Shown here piece after piece: positions 9,944 to 20,307 of a DNA stretch of 64,000 nucleotides. Below the pieces are notes generated by a model. That model did not search any database. It was not told the origin of the DNA and saw only the letters and a program-made list of their open reading frames with translations. Position 1 is the stretch's first letter; each line of letters opens with the position of its first letter. The DNA comes from an uncultured Bacteroidales bacterium (GTDB taxonomy: Bacteria; Bacteroidota; Bacteroidia; Bacteroidales; GCA-2748055): assembly GCA_963779845.1 (NCBI GenBank), contig CAVZZV010000005.1, positions 956,245 through 1,020,244 of the forward strand, in the 5' to 3' direction. A program made the translations under genes and the position numbers.

Positions 9944-10777
9944 TTATTTTTTAAGATTTTGTTTTACCAGCAGGTCAATAAGGGTAATGGAAGCGTCCTC
10001 CATTTTGTTCACAATTGAATCGATTTTTGAAACGAGATAGTTATAAAAAATCTGAAGGATAATTGCCACTATAAGTCCAGATACGGTGGTGATAAGAGCG
10101 ATTTTAATACCTCCGGCAACTAATGCTGGGGAAACATCACCGGCAATCTGTATTTTATCAAAAGCATCGATCATCCCGATAACTGTTCCCATAAACCCAA
10201 GCATAGGGGCAATGGCTATAAAAAGTGATATCCAGCTTAAATTTCTTTCCAGTAATCCCATTTGGACACTCCCATATGAGATGACAGATTTTTCTACGAC
10301 ATCAATACCCTCATCTATACGGTCAAGGCCCTGGTAGAATATACTTGCGACCGGTCCCCGCGTATCGCGGCAAACATCCTTTGCTGCTTCAACCCCACCT
10401 TCATCAAGTGCTTCCTCAACTCTCAAAAGAAGCTTATCCGTATTGGTGGAGGCCAAATTTAAATAAATGATCCTTTCAAAGGCAATAGCCAAACCAAAAA
10501 TGAGCGTTAACAGAACTGAGCCCATAAACCCGGCACCACCCTCAATAAACTTTCTTTTAAGGTTTTTGTGCATAACATCAAGCCCCCCTTCCGTTTCATC
10601 TTCAGTATCGGTAAAAGCGGTAGTTGATTCAACAGGAGCAGGGGTATTTGCCATTACTGAATCGTCAGAGGTTGTCTGCTCAACAGCATCGGTAGTAGCA
10701 TCCTGGGCAACTGCAACGAAAGATGCTCCCATCATTAGCATCCCGATAACTGCTATAAGTACGAATAACTTTTTCAT
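9944..10777 (-). CDS. exbB: MotA/TolQ/ExbB proton-channel protein
   Basis: 277 aa with a signal peptide, an acidic N-terminal extension, then a channel core IAIAPMLGFMGTVIGMIDAF ... ALVAGGIKIALITTVSGLIVAI. Confidence 0.85.
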   Translation of the reverse strand: MKKLFVLIAVIGMLMMGASFVAVAQDATTDAVEQTTSDDSVMANTPAPVESTTAFTDTEDETEGGLDVMHKNLKRKFIEGGAGFMGSVLLTLIFGLAIAFERIIYLNLASTNTDKLLLRVEEALDEGGVEAAKDVCRDTRGPVASIFYQGLDRIDEGIDVVEKSVISYGSVQMGLLERNLSWISLFIAIAPMLGFMGTVIGMIDAFDKIQIAGDVSPALVAGGIKIALITTVSGLIVAIILQIFYNYLVSKIDSIVNKMEDASITLIDLLVKQNLKK

Positions 10778-10929
10778 GATTTTTTTTTCTAGTTTAATTA
10801 TTTAAAAATGGTTACGATTTTGAATTGCTATAAGTCTTGGTTAAAAAAATTTTCCGCTATAAATGTAAGAATTTCTAATGAACAAACAATCCGATGTAAA
10901 TATTTTTATGGTAAATGAATTATTTTATG

Positions 10930-11017
10930 CGGAGAGAGAGGGATTCGAACCCTCGGTGCCCTTTTGAGGCACACCCGCTTTCCAGGCGAGCCAGTTAAGC
11001 CACTCCTGCATCTCTCC
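10930..11017 (-). tRNA. tRNA-Ser (anticodon GGA)
   Basis: Folded by hand. Acceptor GGAGAGA/TCTCTCC, 3-bp D stem, anticodon stem CTCGC/GCGGG with loop CTGGAAA, long variable arm GTGCC..GGCAC, T arm GAGGG-TTCGAAT-CCCTC, discriminator G. Confidence 0.9.
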
Positions 11018-11093
11018 ATATGCTCTTTCCGGAAGGCCAGCACCGCCAAATCGAAAAGTGGCGCAAATTAGGAAAAAAAATTAAATTAACAGA

Positions 11094-12131
11094 CTAAGTA
11101 ATGGTAATTTCTCCTTTTACTGATTTATTTAATAGTGAAATAATTCTTTCCCGGCCAAAACCGCTACCAAGAAGAAGCATCATTTTCGTTGTAGCGGCCT
11201 CTGTGGTAATGTCGTATCCACCCAATACCCCCGCCTCGTATAGTTTTCTGCTGGTTTCATACCTTCCGAGTGTGACCGAACCAATATTGCATTGCGTTAC
11301 ATCCAGCACCAATATTCCCCGTTCAATGGCTGTGCGTATGCGCTTAAGGAACCATTCATCGGCCGGCGCGTTTCCGGATCCAAAGGTCTCAAGGATTACT
11401 GCTTTTAAGCCCTTAATACATAGAATAGAATCGATGAAGGCCCTGTTCATTCCCGGGAAAAGCTTTAAGATCGCGATATTGTTGTCGAATTGCGTTGTAA
11501 GGCACAACTTTCTGGTTTCATCAGCTCTTAGGATCGCTTCTTTATTATAATTTATATCGATTCCGACCTCTGCAAGGGGAGGATAATTAGCTGATTGAAA
11601 GGCATTGAAGTTTTCAGCATTAATTTTTGTAGTTCTGTTGCCGCGGAACAATTTATTCTCAAAATAGATACACACTTCCGGCACTATGGATTTGCCATTC
11701 TCCCTTGCGGCAGCAATTTCTATGGAGGTAATGATATTCTCCTTCCCATCTGTCCGTAGCACTCCGATAGGCAGCTGGGAACCGGTCAGAATTACAGGTT
11801 TGGATAAATTGTCGAGCATAAAACTTAGCGCTGATGCCGTATAGGCCATTGTGTCCGTGCCATGAAGGATAACGAAACCATCAAAAGCGGTATAATTTTC
11901 ATGGATGATCTCCGCGATCTTTACCCAGATATCTGGTCCTATATCGGAAGAATCCATCGGGGGATCAAAGGAAATGGTCTGAAAGTGAAAACCAAAACGC
12001 TTAAGTTCAGGCATCTTCTCCGAAATCTGCTCGAAATTCAGGGGTTGAAGACTTCCTGTAGCGGGATTCTGGATCATTCCGATGGTTCCGCCGGTGTAGA
12101 TAATCAAAATGGAGGCATTCCCGGTTGGCAT
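11094..12131 (-). CDS. ansA: type I L-asparaginase
   Basis: 345 aa with the ILIIYTGGTIGM and HGTDTMAYTA motifs. Its start overlaps the tatD stop (TAATG). Confidence 0.85.
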   Translation of the reverse strand: MPTGNASILIIYTGGTIGMIQNPATGSLQPLNFEQISEKMPELKRFGFHFQTISFDPPMDSSDIGPDIWVKIAEIIHENYTAFDGFVILHGTDTMAYTASALSFMLDNLSKPVILTGSQLPIGVLRTDGKENIITSIEIAAARENGKSIVPEVCIYFENKLFRGNRTTKINAENFNAFQSANYPPLAEVGIDINYNKEAILRADETRKLCLTTQFDNNIAILKLFPGMNRAFIDSILCIKGLKAVILETFGSGNAPADEWFLKRIRTAIERGILVLDVTQCNIGSVTLGRYETSRKLYEAGVLGGYDITTEAATTKMMLLLGSGFGRERIISLLNKSVKGEITIT

Positions 12132-12905
12132 TAGGGTATATTTTTAAATAAGTTTAAAGCATTTTCCGAAGTAAGCCTTGCAATCCCACCCTGGCTCATT
12201 CCTAAAATATCTGACAACTTTTCCACAACATAAGGTAGCCAGGCACTCTCATTCCTTTTCCCGCGTTTTGGCACCGGGGCCAAATAGGGAGAATCGGTCT
12301 CCAGTAGAAGGCGGTCCCCCGGTATGCATTCTACTATTTTTTCAAGTCCTGAATTTTTATAGGTAACAATCCCGTTTATTCCAAAATAAAAGCCATAATC
12401 TTTAATTTTTTCTATTTCCGGCAAGCCTCCCGTAAAACTATGAAAAACACCGTTCAGGGTGTCGTCCGCATAGGTGTCAAGAATCTCAAAAATTTCCGGA
12501 AATGACTCCCGCGCGTGGATAACAAGCGGCAAATTATACTTTTTTGCAAACCCAATCTGAAGAATAAATGCCTCCTTTTGCTGTTTAAAAAAACTTTTAT
12601 CCCAATAAAGATCAATCCCAATTTCTCCTATAGCAATAAACTTTTCCTTAAGTAGTAAGGCTTCTATGTGCTCCAACTGAGATAAGAAATTCTCCTTTAC
12701 AGCGGTAGGATGTAGTCCGGCCATAGGGAAGCATACTCCTGGGAAATCCCGGCACATGGAAAGCATGGGCTCAAAAGTGGATACCATCGATATTGGGCAG
12801 GAAGAACTTTGCTATTCCTGCCCTCTTTGCATTGGCAATGACTGCTTCCCTGTCGGAAATAAATTCATCAAGGTATAAATGTGTATGGGTGTCGATCAAT
12901 TCCAT
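12131..12905 (-). pseudogene. tatD: TatD-family metal-dependent hydrolase, split by a 1-nt frame break near 12784-12785
   Basis: 12771-12905 encodes MELIDTHTHLYLDEFISDREAVIANAKRAGIAKFFLPNIDGIHF*. 12131-12787, in another frame, encodes VSTFEPMLSMCRDFPGVCFPMAGLHPTAV onward. Together they make one complete TatD. A sequencing indel is possible. Confidence 0.75.
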
Positions 12906-13070
12906 GCCGATAAGTCATTTCCGCAAAGATAACAGAATTCTAAATGGCATAACAACGAAAATGATGGGCATTTGTATTGTCCGAAGAGTTCATACGGTTT
13001 ACCCCCACCCTTGAGAAGGATGCGCAAGCCAGTTCATGAAAACCAGTTCAAAAACAAGGAATTTGGTATC

Positions 13071-14177
13071 TTAACAACACCTGTAAAAATTCCCGGGCCC
13101 CGGGGCAATCCATCCCTCAAATTCAAGATGAAGCAGGATTCCGGATATGTTTGCCAGGGATATACCTGTAACGATGCTCAATTCGTTTAAACTGATCTTT
13201 TCAAACTCCTTGATAGTCTGAATAATTGATTCTTCTTCCCTGTTTAGTTCCTTAAACAACAGTTTCTGGCGTCCTGATCCCTTTTTTCCTTTAGAATCCC
13301 ATGAAAGGAAATATTCGATATCGCTGCAATGCTCAATAAGGGCGGCCTTATTGTTCTTAATAAGCTGATTGCAGCCTGCTGAAAACTCATCCCCAGAACG
13401 GCCGGGAATGGCGAAAACATCCCGATTATAAGAACTGGCAATATCGGCAGTGATCAACGCCCCTCCCTTTAATCCCGATTCCACCACAATTGTCGCATCA
13501 GCTAATCCGGCAATGATTCGGTTCCGCTTAATAAAATTGTTTCGTTCAGGTTCCATATTGGAACAGAAATCCGTGCAGAGGCATCCCTGATCCATAATTT
13601 TCATCGCCAAATTTTTATGCTCGTAGGGGTAGAGGGTATGAAGTCCATGCCCAAGGACAGCAATGGTCCGGAGACCATTCTTCAACGCGGCAACATGGGA
13701 ATTATAATCAATTCCATAGGCCAGACCGCTAATAATCACTGTTTCAGGGTACACAGCGGCAATATCCCTGATGATGGATTGGCAAAGGTCAGTCCCATAC
13801 CTGGTGGCTCTCCGCGTACCGACGAAACTCAGTGTTTTGGTCGAATTGAAACAGTTCTCTCCCTTGTAGAATAAGATCAAAGGGGCATCCTCACACTGTT
13901 TCAGACGAAGAGGGTAATCTTTTTGTTCGAAATTTAATAGGTGAACAGCATTTTTATTACAAAAATCAAGTTCCCTGTCTGCCAGTTCCAGCAATCCGGG
14001 ACTACCTGCCCTCGACGACAAAATTTTCCCAATGCCTGGGATACTCATCAATTTTTCTCTTTTCTGTCTAAAAACTGCCTCTGCTGATCCGGAATAAGCA
14101 ATCAGCTTTCTTGCGGTAATGGCCCCTATTGAAGGGATCATGGATAAGGCCAGAAGAAACCGGTTCTCTAATTCCAT
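13071..14177 (-). CDS. dprA: DNA-processing protein DprA
   Basis: 368 aa with ISGLAYGIDYNSHVAALKNGLRTIAVLGHGL and GGALITADIASSYNRDVFAIPG. Confidence 0.85.
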   Translation of the reverse strand: MELENRFLLALSMIPSIGAITARKLIAYSGSAEAVFRQKREKLMSIPGIGKILSSRAGSPGLLELADRELDFCNKNAVHLLNFEQKDYPLRLKQCEDAPLILFYKGENCFNSTKTLSFVGTRRATRYGTDLCQSIIRDIAAVYPETVIISGLAYGIDYNSHVAALKNGLRTIAVLGHGLHTLYPYEHKNLAMKIMDQGCLCTDFCSNMEPERNNFIKRNRIIAGLADATIVVESGLKGGALITADIASSYNRDVFAIPGRSGDEFSAGCNQLIKNNKAALIEHCSDIEYFLSWDSKGKKGSGRQKLLFKELNREEESIIQTIKEFEKISLNELSIVTGISLANISGILLHLEFEGWIAPGPGNFYRCC

Positions 14178-14234
14178 ACAAAATCGTTCAATCCAACCTT
14201 AATGGAGAAAAACCGCTTTTCTAGCCCTGAAAAT

Positions 14235-14726
14235 TCAAGAATTTTTTGAATTAGTTTTGGAATAGGAGGATAAGACTTTTTTGATCTTTTCCACCTCATC
14301 CTTCTTCAATGCAGAGAGGCTGACAGGCGGATAAGAGGCAATCTGCTGTTTTACCTGCAGGGAGAGAACGATCTTTTCTTTCCCCGGGAAAGAGCTCATC
14401 GTTTCGAATTTCACAAACTTGTCTTTGGGAATTTCTATGGAATGCTTTTTCCGGTTGAATGCACTTATTAAATAATAGCGTAAAATAATCTTGCTCCCGT
14501 TGTCGGTGAAATAAATATAATTCGGTTTGAGGAAAAAATGATAAAACATTAAACCCAGATACAACCCCCCTGCAATAAGGAAAAAATGCACCTTCTCCAT
14601 ACCAGGAAAAAGCTTTTCGAAAAACCGCGTAAATGAAATCGTTAACACGATAGGGACAAATATCACGGTGGCTACAAATTTCTGAAGCCAGATATTGAAG
14701 GTGAATTTTTTATTTTCTATAATCAT
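14235..14726 (-). CDS. hypothetical membrane protein
   Basis: 163 aa with two N-terminal TM helices. Has a 4-nt overlap with the upstream proline dehydrogenase gene. No family recognised. Confidence 0.4.
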   Translation of the reverse strand: MIIENKKFTFNIWLQKFVATVIFVPIVLTISFTRFFEKLFPGMEKVHFFLIAGGLYLGLMFYHFFLKPNYIYFTDNGSKIILRYYLISAFNRKKHSIEIPKDKFVKFETMSSFPGKEKIVLSLQVKQQIASYPPVSLSALKKDEVEKIKKVLSSYSKTNSKNS

Positions 14727-15907
14727 AAGTCCCTCCTATCAAGTTTTCGACGCTTAAATTCCCTTGAGATGAGATTAAGTTCCCTGCTTGTCTGCCCTTT
14801 AACCGAAGTGTTTTCTTCGACCCGGCGTGTGAGGTAGGGCAAAACATGCCTGACCGGTCCGTAAGGGAGGTATTTTGATACATTATATCCACTCTCGGCC
14901 AGGTTAAAACTAATATGGTCGCTCATTCCGTATAGTTGGGAAAACCATATGCGGCTGTCCTCATTTTTTAAACCTTTATCAGCCATTAATTGAGTAAGAT
15001 ACATGGAGGAATACTCGTTGTGCGTTCCATTAAATATTGAAATCCTGTCGATATGCTTAACGGAAAAGGCAAGTGCGTCATTATAGGATCTATCGGTACT
15101 TTCCTTATCCGGCTGAATGGGGTCCGGGTAGTCAAGTCTTGCTGCTCTTGCCCTTTCTCTTTCCATATAAGCCCCGCGAACAAACTTGGCCCCGAGGAAA
15201 AAGCCCTCCTTCTCAGCCCGTCTAAAGTCATGGTCCAGCACTGCAAGTCTGTCGGTACGGTACATTTGATAGGTATTGTAAACGATCGCTCTCTCCTGGT
15301 TGTATCTCGCCTGCATTTCATATACTACCTGATCAATAAAAGGCTGATAAAAACTATCCTCGGCATCGATCATTATCGGAATCCCCTTACTATAAGCTGA
15401 ACGGCATAAACGATCGACCCTTTGCCTGAATTTCGCGCCTTCCCTTTGGGCCTCTTCGGAAATGCCATGAGTGTCGCTGAGTAATTCAAGGGCGTGCGAC
15501 TGAATGAAAGCAGTGGGCTTGAATACGGCAAAAGGAACATTCGGGCTGGAAGCCGCAAAATCGATCGTCCGCATGGTTTCTTTATGGGCTTTTTCAATCT
15601 CTTCATCCTCCTCGCTTCCTTCAACCGAATAATCAAGGATGGATTTAACATTCTTCTTCGCAAGCTTTGCCACAACCTGTGCACATTCCGCAATGGTTTC
15701 TCCTCCAACAAATTGCTTATAAACTGTGGGCTTGACTATCCACCGGACAGGCAGGCCAATCCTGGAGGCCAAACCAATTGTTTTATTGCCCATTTTAACC
15801 AACCAGGGATAGGATATTAAACGGTACAAATAATATGCACGTCTTAATTCATCATTATTCTTGATGGCGAATGCCACCTGCGTGTTATCAAAATCAACCA
15901 TGATCAA
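14723..15907 (-). CDS. proline dehydrogenase (monofunctional)
   Basis: 394 aa with FVGGETIAECAQVVAKL, GAKFVRGAYMERE and FSQLYGMSD. Confidence 0.75.
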   Translation of the reverse strand: MIMVDFDNTQVAFAIKNNDELRRAYYLYRLISYPWLVKMGNKTIGLASRIGLPVRWIVKPTVYKQFVGGETIAECAQVVAKLAKKNVKSILDYSVEGSEEDEEIEKAHKETMRTIDFAASSPNVPFAVFKPTAFIQSHALELLSDTHGISEEAQREGAKFRQRVDRLCRSAYSKGIPIMIDAEDSFYQPFIDQVVYEMQARYNQERAIVYNTYQMYRTDRLAVLDHDFRRAEKEGFFLGAKFVRGAYMERERARAARLDYPDPIQPDKESTDRSYNDALAFSVKHIDRISIFNGTHNEYSSMYLTQLMADKGLKNEDSRIWFSQLYGMSDHISFNLAESGYNVSKYLPYGPVRHVLPYLTRRVEENTSVKGQTSRELNLISREFKRRKLDRRDL

Positions 15908-16108
15908 AAATTATCAATACACAAAGATGCATATACCATCTTGAAATTCAATATTGAAAATCAATGCTTAAGAGGATTTTTTTTATGATCTTTGTCAGGA
16001 ATTAAAAAAAAAATCGCAAATAACCGGGCTCATTTTTCGTAGAAAACTTACTTATTGAAAGTGGGTGGCAGGTAATTAAATTCCAAATCATTAAATCCAA
16101 ACAGAAAA

Positions 16109-16675
16109 ATGAAAAAACTGATCGCGTATTTCTTACAAGGACTTTTATATGTGGCTCCCCTGGGCATTACATTATATATTATCTATCTGGTCTTCACTTT
16201 TCTGGATGGCCTCATCCAGGGTTCAATACAAAAATACCTTCATATTCATATTCCCGGTCTGGGTTTACTGGGGATCATCCTGTTTATTACCCTACTCGGT
16301 TTTATTGGGAAATCGATCATTTTCAGTCCGGTTAGCAAATTTATCGGTGGAATGGTACGTAAAACCCCTGTTTTAAACCTTATATATTCTTCCATAAAAG
16401 ATTTGCTGAATGCTTTTGTCGGCAAAGAGAAGAAATTCAACAAACCGGTAATTGTTAAGGTCAACACCATTTCAGAGCTGGAAAAAATTGGGTTTCTTAC
16501 CCAGGAAGATCTAAACGATTTGGGTATTAAAGACAAGGTGGCAGTATATTTTCCACATTCCTATAATTTCTCAGGGGAATTGTTTATTGTTCCCACAGAA
16601 CATATTAAACCCTTTAACATGAGTCCTGCCGATGCCATGAAATTTATTGTTTCAGGAGGGGTGGCCAGGGGGTAA
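16109..16675 (+). CDS. DUF502-like membrane protein
   Basis: 188 aa with two N-terminal TM helices, IPGLGLLGIILFITLLGFIG and VYFPHSYNFSGELFIVP. Confidence 0.6.
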   Translation: MKKLIAYFLQGLLYVAPLGITLYIIYLVFTFLDGLIQGSIQKYLHIHIPGLGLLGIILFITLLGFIGKSIIFSPVSKFIGGMVRKTPVLNLIYSSIKDLLNAFVGKEKKFNKPVIVKVNTISELEKIGFLTQEDLNDLGIKDKVAVYFPHSYNFSGELFIVPTEHIKPFNMSPADAMKFIVSGGVARG

Positions 16676-17674
16676 CAATAAATTACATCCCCTCAGATCC
16701 GAATTATCTAACCTACCAAGAACTTCAAAGCTACCATCAGGATAGGATTTACCCAAATCGGAGGTAGCAATAAAAGAACAGGAATGGATATTCGCAAGAT
16801 CAATGATATTTAGGGTGCCCGTTTTTCCATCTCCCAAAATGCTGAAGGGATCGTGAATATCGGTAATGAGAACTTTCATCCAGGGAGGGCACCTAAAAAT
16901 TCCCTCTCCCCGTGAATATGCCTGGGAAAGAAGTTCTGTCATTCCATATTCTGAATGAACCGATTTCAGGTGAAAGCTTTGTTTCAATATCCCGTGAAGT
17001 TCCTCTCTTGGCATCTCCTTTCTCCTTCCCTTCATCCCGCCGGTTTCCATAATTATGACATCAGACAGGTCGGCATTATTATCCCGGGCGAATTCAAGAA
17101 GTGCGAAACTAACTCCGATCAAAAGGGTCTTTTGTTTTTCCTTCTGAAGTTTGTTGAGCAATTTGATAAGCTTGTCGTTCGCATGCAGGTAGAATCCGCT
17201 GAGCGGATGCCCGGATTGGTTAATTAGGGCGTTGCACATATATATTAAGGAGGAATCCTCCCTTTCCATATAGGAAGGCAACATGGCAAGAATGCAATAA
17301 TCATTTACCGCACCATAAAAGTGCTGAAATCCCCTTGAGAAACTTTCGGTATATAGAGATAAGTCAGAAACATAATGGCTGCTTTTTTCTGAACCGGTGG
17401 TTCCGCTGGAGGTGAAAATGATCTCTTCTTTCAATCCTTCGGCTAGTACTTTGTGGGTTTTAAAAAAGCCGATCGGAAGAAAAGGAAACTGGCCCAAAGT
17501 AACAATAGCAGATCTGTCTATTCCAAGGCAATCTATGAAATTGCGGTAAACAGGGATTTTCTTTGACTGGTAATTAAATATTTCAATGGATTTCTTTAGG
17601 AATGACTCATTACTATAGCCTTGGAAATCAGATCCGGAATTAAACGGATCGCCAAAAAGGAGCGCTTTTTCCAT
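16652..17674 (-). CDS. LuxE/PaaK-like acyl-protein synthetase (acyltransferase)
   Basis: 340 aa with an FTSSGTTGS adenylate-forming motif. The N-terminus resembles Bacteroidota LuxE-family proteins. Confidence 0.5.
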   Translation of the reverse strand: MEKALLFGDPFNSGSDFQGYSNESFLKKSIEIFNYQSKKIPVYRNFIDCLGIDRSAIVTLGQFPFLPIGFFKTHKVLAEGLKEEIIFTSSGTTGSEKSSHYVSDLSLYTESFSRGFQHFYGAVNDYCILAMLPSYMEREDSSLIYMCNALINQSGHPLSGFYLHANDKLIKLLNKLQKEKQKTLLIGVSFALLEFARDNNADLSDVIIMETGGMKGRRKEMPREELHGILKQSFHLKSVHSEYGMTELLSQAYSRGEGIFRCPPWMKVLITDIHDPFSILGDGKTGTLNIIDLANIHSCSFIATSDLGKSYPDGSFEVLGRLDNSDLRGCNLLLPPGHPS

Positions 17675-17836
17675 CGTTCATTAAGTCTTAATTGACCTGA
17701 AAGTTGATTTTTTTGTCCATTAGAACCGCCCTGATTAAAATTGTAAATAAACAGGTTTAAATTATAATGTGTTTGCAACAAAAAGGCCGGACAAAAGCAT
17801 TTAAAAACAATTTATTCAGGCTAAGATCACGCTCTT

Positions 17837-19030
17837 TTATTCCCCCCGGATTGCGGCAATTCCAGGCAATGTTTTTCCTTCAATGTACTCCAGCATGGCA
17901 CCCCCACCGGTAGAAACATAACTTACCTGATCGCTGAGGCCGAATTTATTCACGGCTGCAACCGAGTCTCCACCCCCCACAAGGCTGAAAGCTCCTTTAT
18001 CGGTAGCTTCTGCAATGGCTTGAGCGATAGCAATGGTACCTTTTTGGAAATTTTTCATTTCAAAAACCCCCATGGGTCCATTCCATAAAATCGTTTTAGA
18101 GTCAGCAATAACACTGCTGAATTCTTTAATCGTCCCTTCAGCAATATCAAGGCCCATCCAGCCGGACTCCCCATTATCGATATCCGCAGTTTTGGTGGTG
18201 GCATCATTATCAAATTTGTCGGCAAGAATTTGGTCAACGGGCAGATACAGGTTAATTCCTTTTGATTTGGCTTTCTCCACCAGCTCATTGGCCAGGTCCA
18301 GTTTATCCTCTTCGCAAAGTGAATTACCGATTTCCCCTCCGCGTGCTTTGATAAAGGTGTAGGTCATACCCCCCCCAATAATCAGGTTGTCCACCTGATC
18401 GAGCAGATTTTCTATAACCTCGATCTTATCAGAAACTTTTGCCCCGCCCATAATCGCAGTAAAGGGTTTGGCTGAACTCTTCAAAACCTTGTCCATGGCT
18501 TCCAGTTCGCTCTGGATCAGGTAACCAAAAACTTTATCGTCCGGGAAGAATTCTGCGACAATGGTTGTTGATGCATGCGCCCGGTGAGCAGTACCAAAAG
18601 CATCGTTCACGTATACATCGGCACCTTCGGCAAGTTTTTTGGCAAAGTCTTTATCGCCTTTGGTTTCCTGTTTGTAAAAGCGAAGGTTTTCAAGTAAAAG
18701 CACTTCACCTGGTCTGAGGGCTTTTTTTGTCTCCATAGTTTTACTTCCTATGCAGTCGCCGGCAAATTTTACCGGTATTCCCAGATGACCTGACAGGTTT
18801 TTTACCACATGTTTCAATGAATATTTTTCTTCCGGTCCTTCCTTGGGACGGCCCAAATGTGACATCAGGATGGCGGATCCGCCATCGGACAATATTTTGC
18901 GTATTGAAGGAAGTGCTGCGGTGATCCTCGTATCGTCGGTCACTTCAAATTTATCATTTAGGGGGACATTAAAATCAACCCTCATAATCGCTTTTTTTCC
19001 TGAGAAATTGTAATTATCAACAGTACGCAT
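17837..19030 (-). CDS. pgk: phosphoglycerate kinase
   Basis: 397 aa with the [17 protein letters not shown] and STGGGAMLE signatures. Confidence 0.95.
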   Translation of the reverse strand: MRTVDNYNFSGKKAIMRVDFNVPLNDKFEVTDDTRITAALPSIRKILSDGGSAILMSHLGRPKEGPEEKYSLKHVVKNLSGHLGIPVKFAGDCIGSKTMETKKALRPGEVLLLENLRFYKQETKGDKDFAKKLAEGADVYVNDAFGTAHRAHASTTIVAEFFPDDKVFGYLIQSELEAMDKVLKSSAKPFTAIMGGAKVSDKIEVIENLLDQVDNLIIGGGMTYTFIKARGGEIGNSLCEEDKLDLANELVEKAKSKGINLYLPVDQILADKFDNDATTKTADIDNGESGWMGLDIAEGTIKEFSSVIADSKTILWNGPMGVFEMKNFQKGTIAIAQAIAEATDKGAFSLVGGGDSVAAVNKFGLSDQVSYVSTGGGAMLEYIEGKTLPGIAAIRGE

Positions 19031-19157
19031 ATGCTTAAAATTTCAGATTAAAACTATTTTAAATTCACCCCCAAAGGTAAACAAAGTATTTTTAATTATC
19101 TTTGTTTTCATCTGTTCAAAACGTTTTCAACTAATATTAACTCACAATTCCGCTTGA

Positions 19158-20273
19158 ATGTTTTTTCATCAAATTCCGGGACAGGAAGAAGTCAAAAGAA
19201 GTCTGGTAAAATCAGTAAAAGAGGGTAGAATTAGCCATGCCCAAATGTTCCTTGGCCCGGAAGGCTCCGGAAAACTTGCACTTGCACTTGCCTATTCACA
19301 ATACATTTCGTGTACCGACCGACAGGAAAATGAATCCTGTGGGAAATGTCCTTCCTGTATCAAATACCATAAATTTGTGCATCCGGATCTCCATTTTCTC
19401 TATCCTACTATGGCCTCCGCGAATGAATCAATGACCGACAAATTCCTGGGCGCCTGGAGAGAAGAGTTAAATGAGAATGTTTTTATGGACCAGAACCACT
19501 GGTATGGTAAAATTGGCCTGGAAACGAAACAGGGGATTATTTCTGCCAGGGACAGTGATCAGGTAATCCTTAAGCTCAGCCTGAAATCCTATGAATCGGA
19601 ATACAAAGTAATCATTATCTGGCTGCCTGAGAAAATGAATGCGACAGCCGCGAACAAACTGCTTAAAATCATCGAAGAACCTCCTGCCGGCACCATTTTT
19701 ATTCTAGTTACCGAATCGGCCGATGAGCTCCTCGCCACTATTCGATCCCGGACACAAATGATCAAAGTGCCGCGGCTGAAGGATGAAGAGATAGCAGAGG
19801 CTCTTGTAAAATTGGGGGTCAATAATGAGTTAATCCCCGATGCGGTTCACGTTGCCAATGGAAATTTTAATAAAGCTCTAACCGCGACCCGTTCCGACGA
19901 GCAGAATAAATACAACTTCGAAAAGTTTGTAAGCCTTATGCGGCTATGCTTTAAAAGAGAATATAAAGAAATTCTTGATTTAACCAACGAATTGGGAAGC
20001 AGGGGAAGGGAGAACCAGAAATTGTTCCTGACCAATTCATCCCGGCTCATCCGGGAAAATTTCATGGTGAACCTGAAACGAAACGAGCTTACCCACATGA
20101 CCGCTTATGAAAAAGATTTCTCCATTAAATTCTCAGCTTTCATAAACATGAAAAATGCACCCAGGTTATATGAGGAGTTTAACATGGCCTACAACCATAT
20201 TGCCGCCAATGGATTTGCAAAGATCGTCCTCTTTGATCTTTCCCTTAAAATAATCCAATTGCTGCATATCTAA
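19158..20273 (+). CDS. holB: DNA polymerase III subunit delta-prime
   Basis: 371 aa with HAQMFLGPEGSGKLALALAY, a CGKCPSCIK zinc module, AANKLLKIIEEPP and IRSRTQ. Confidence 0.8.
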   Translation: MFFHQIPGQEEVKRSLVKSVKEGRISHAQMFLGPEGSGKLALALAYSQYISCTDRQENESCGKCPSCIKYHKFVHPDLHFLYPTMASANESMTDKFLGAWREELNENVFMDQNHWYGKIGLETKQGIISARDSDQVILKLSLKSYESEYKVIIIWLPEKMNATAANKLLKIIEEPPAGTIFILVTESADELLATIRSRTQMIKVPRLKDEEIAEALVKLGVNNELIPDAVHVANGNFNKALTATRSDEQNKYNFEKFVSLMRLCFKREYKEILDLTNELGSRGRENQKLFLTNSSRLIRENFMVNLKRNELTHMTAYEKDFSIKFSAFINMKNAPRLYEEFNMAYNHIAANGFAKIVLFDLSLKIIQLLHI

Positions 20274-20307
20274 TTTTTTAGTTTAATTTTGCCAATGACC
20301 CAAAAAA

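Noticed and set aside
11101-11550. Long antisense or alternative-frame ORFs (also 4085-4381, 4498-4890, 23155-23523, 25192-25566, 38629-39012, 40086-40511, 58391-58774)
   Set aside because: Each lies entirely within a confidently assigned gene, on the opposite strand or in another frame. These are shadow ORFs.
12793-13190. ORFs 12793-13014 and 12972-13190 between tatD and dprA
   Set aside because: The first is antisense to the tatD N-terminal fragment and the second is antisense to the dprA 3' end. Neither has motifs.
16652-16675. 24-nt 3'-3' overlap of the DUF502 gene and the LuxE-like gene
   Set aside because: Convergent overlaps of this size are common and explained by the stop-codon positions. 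No hairpin or extra feature is present.
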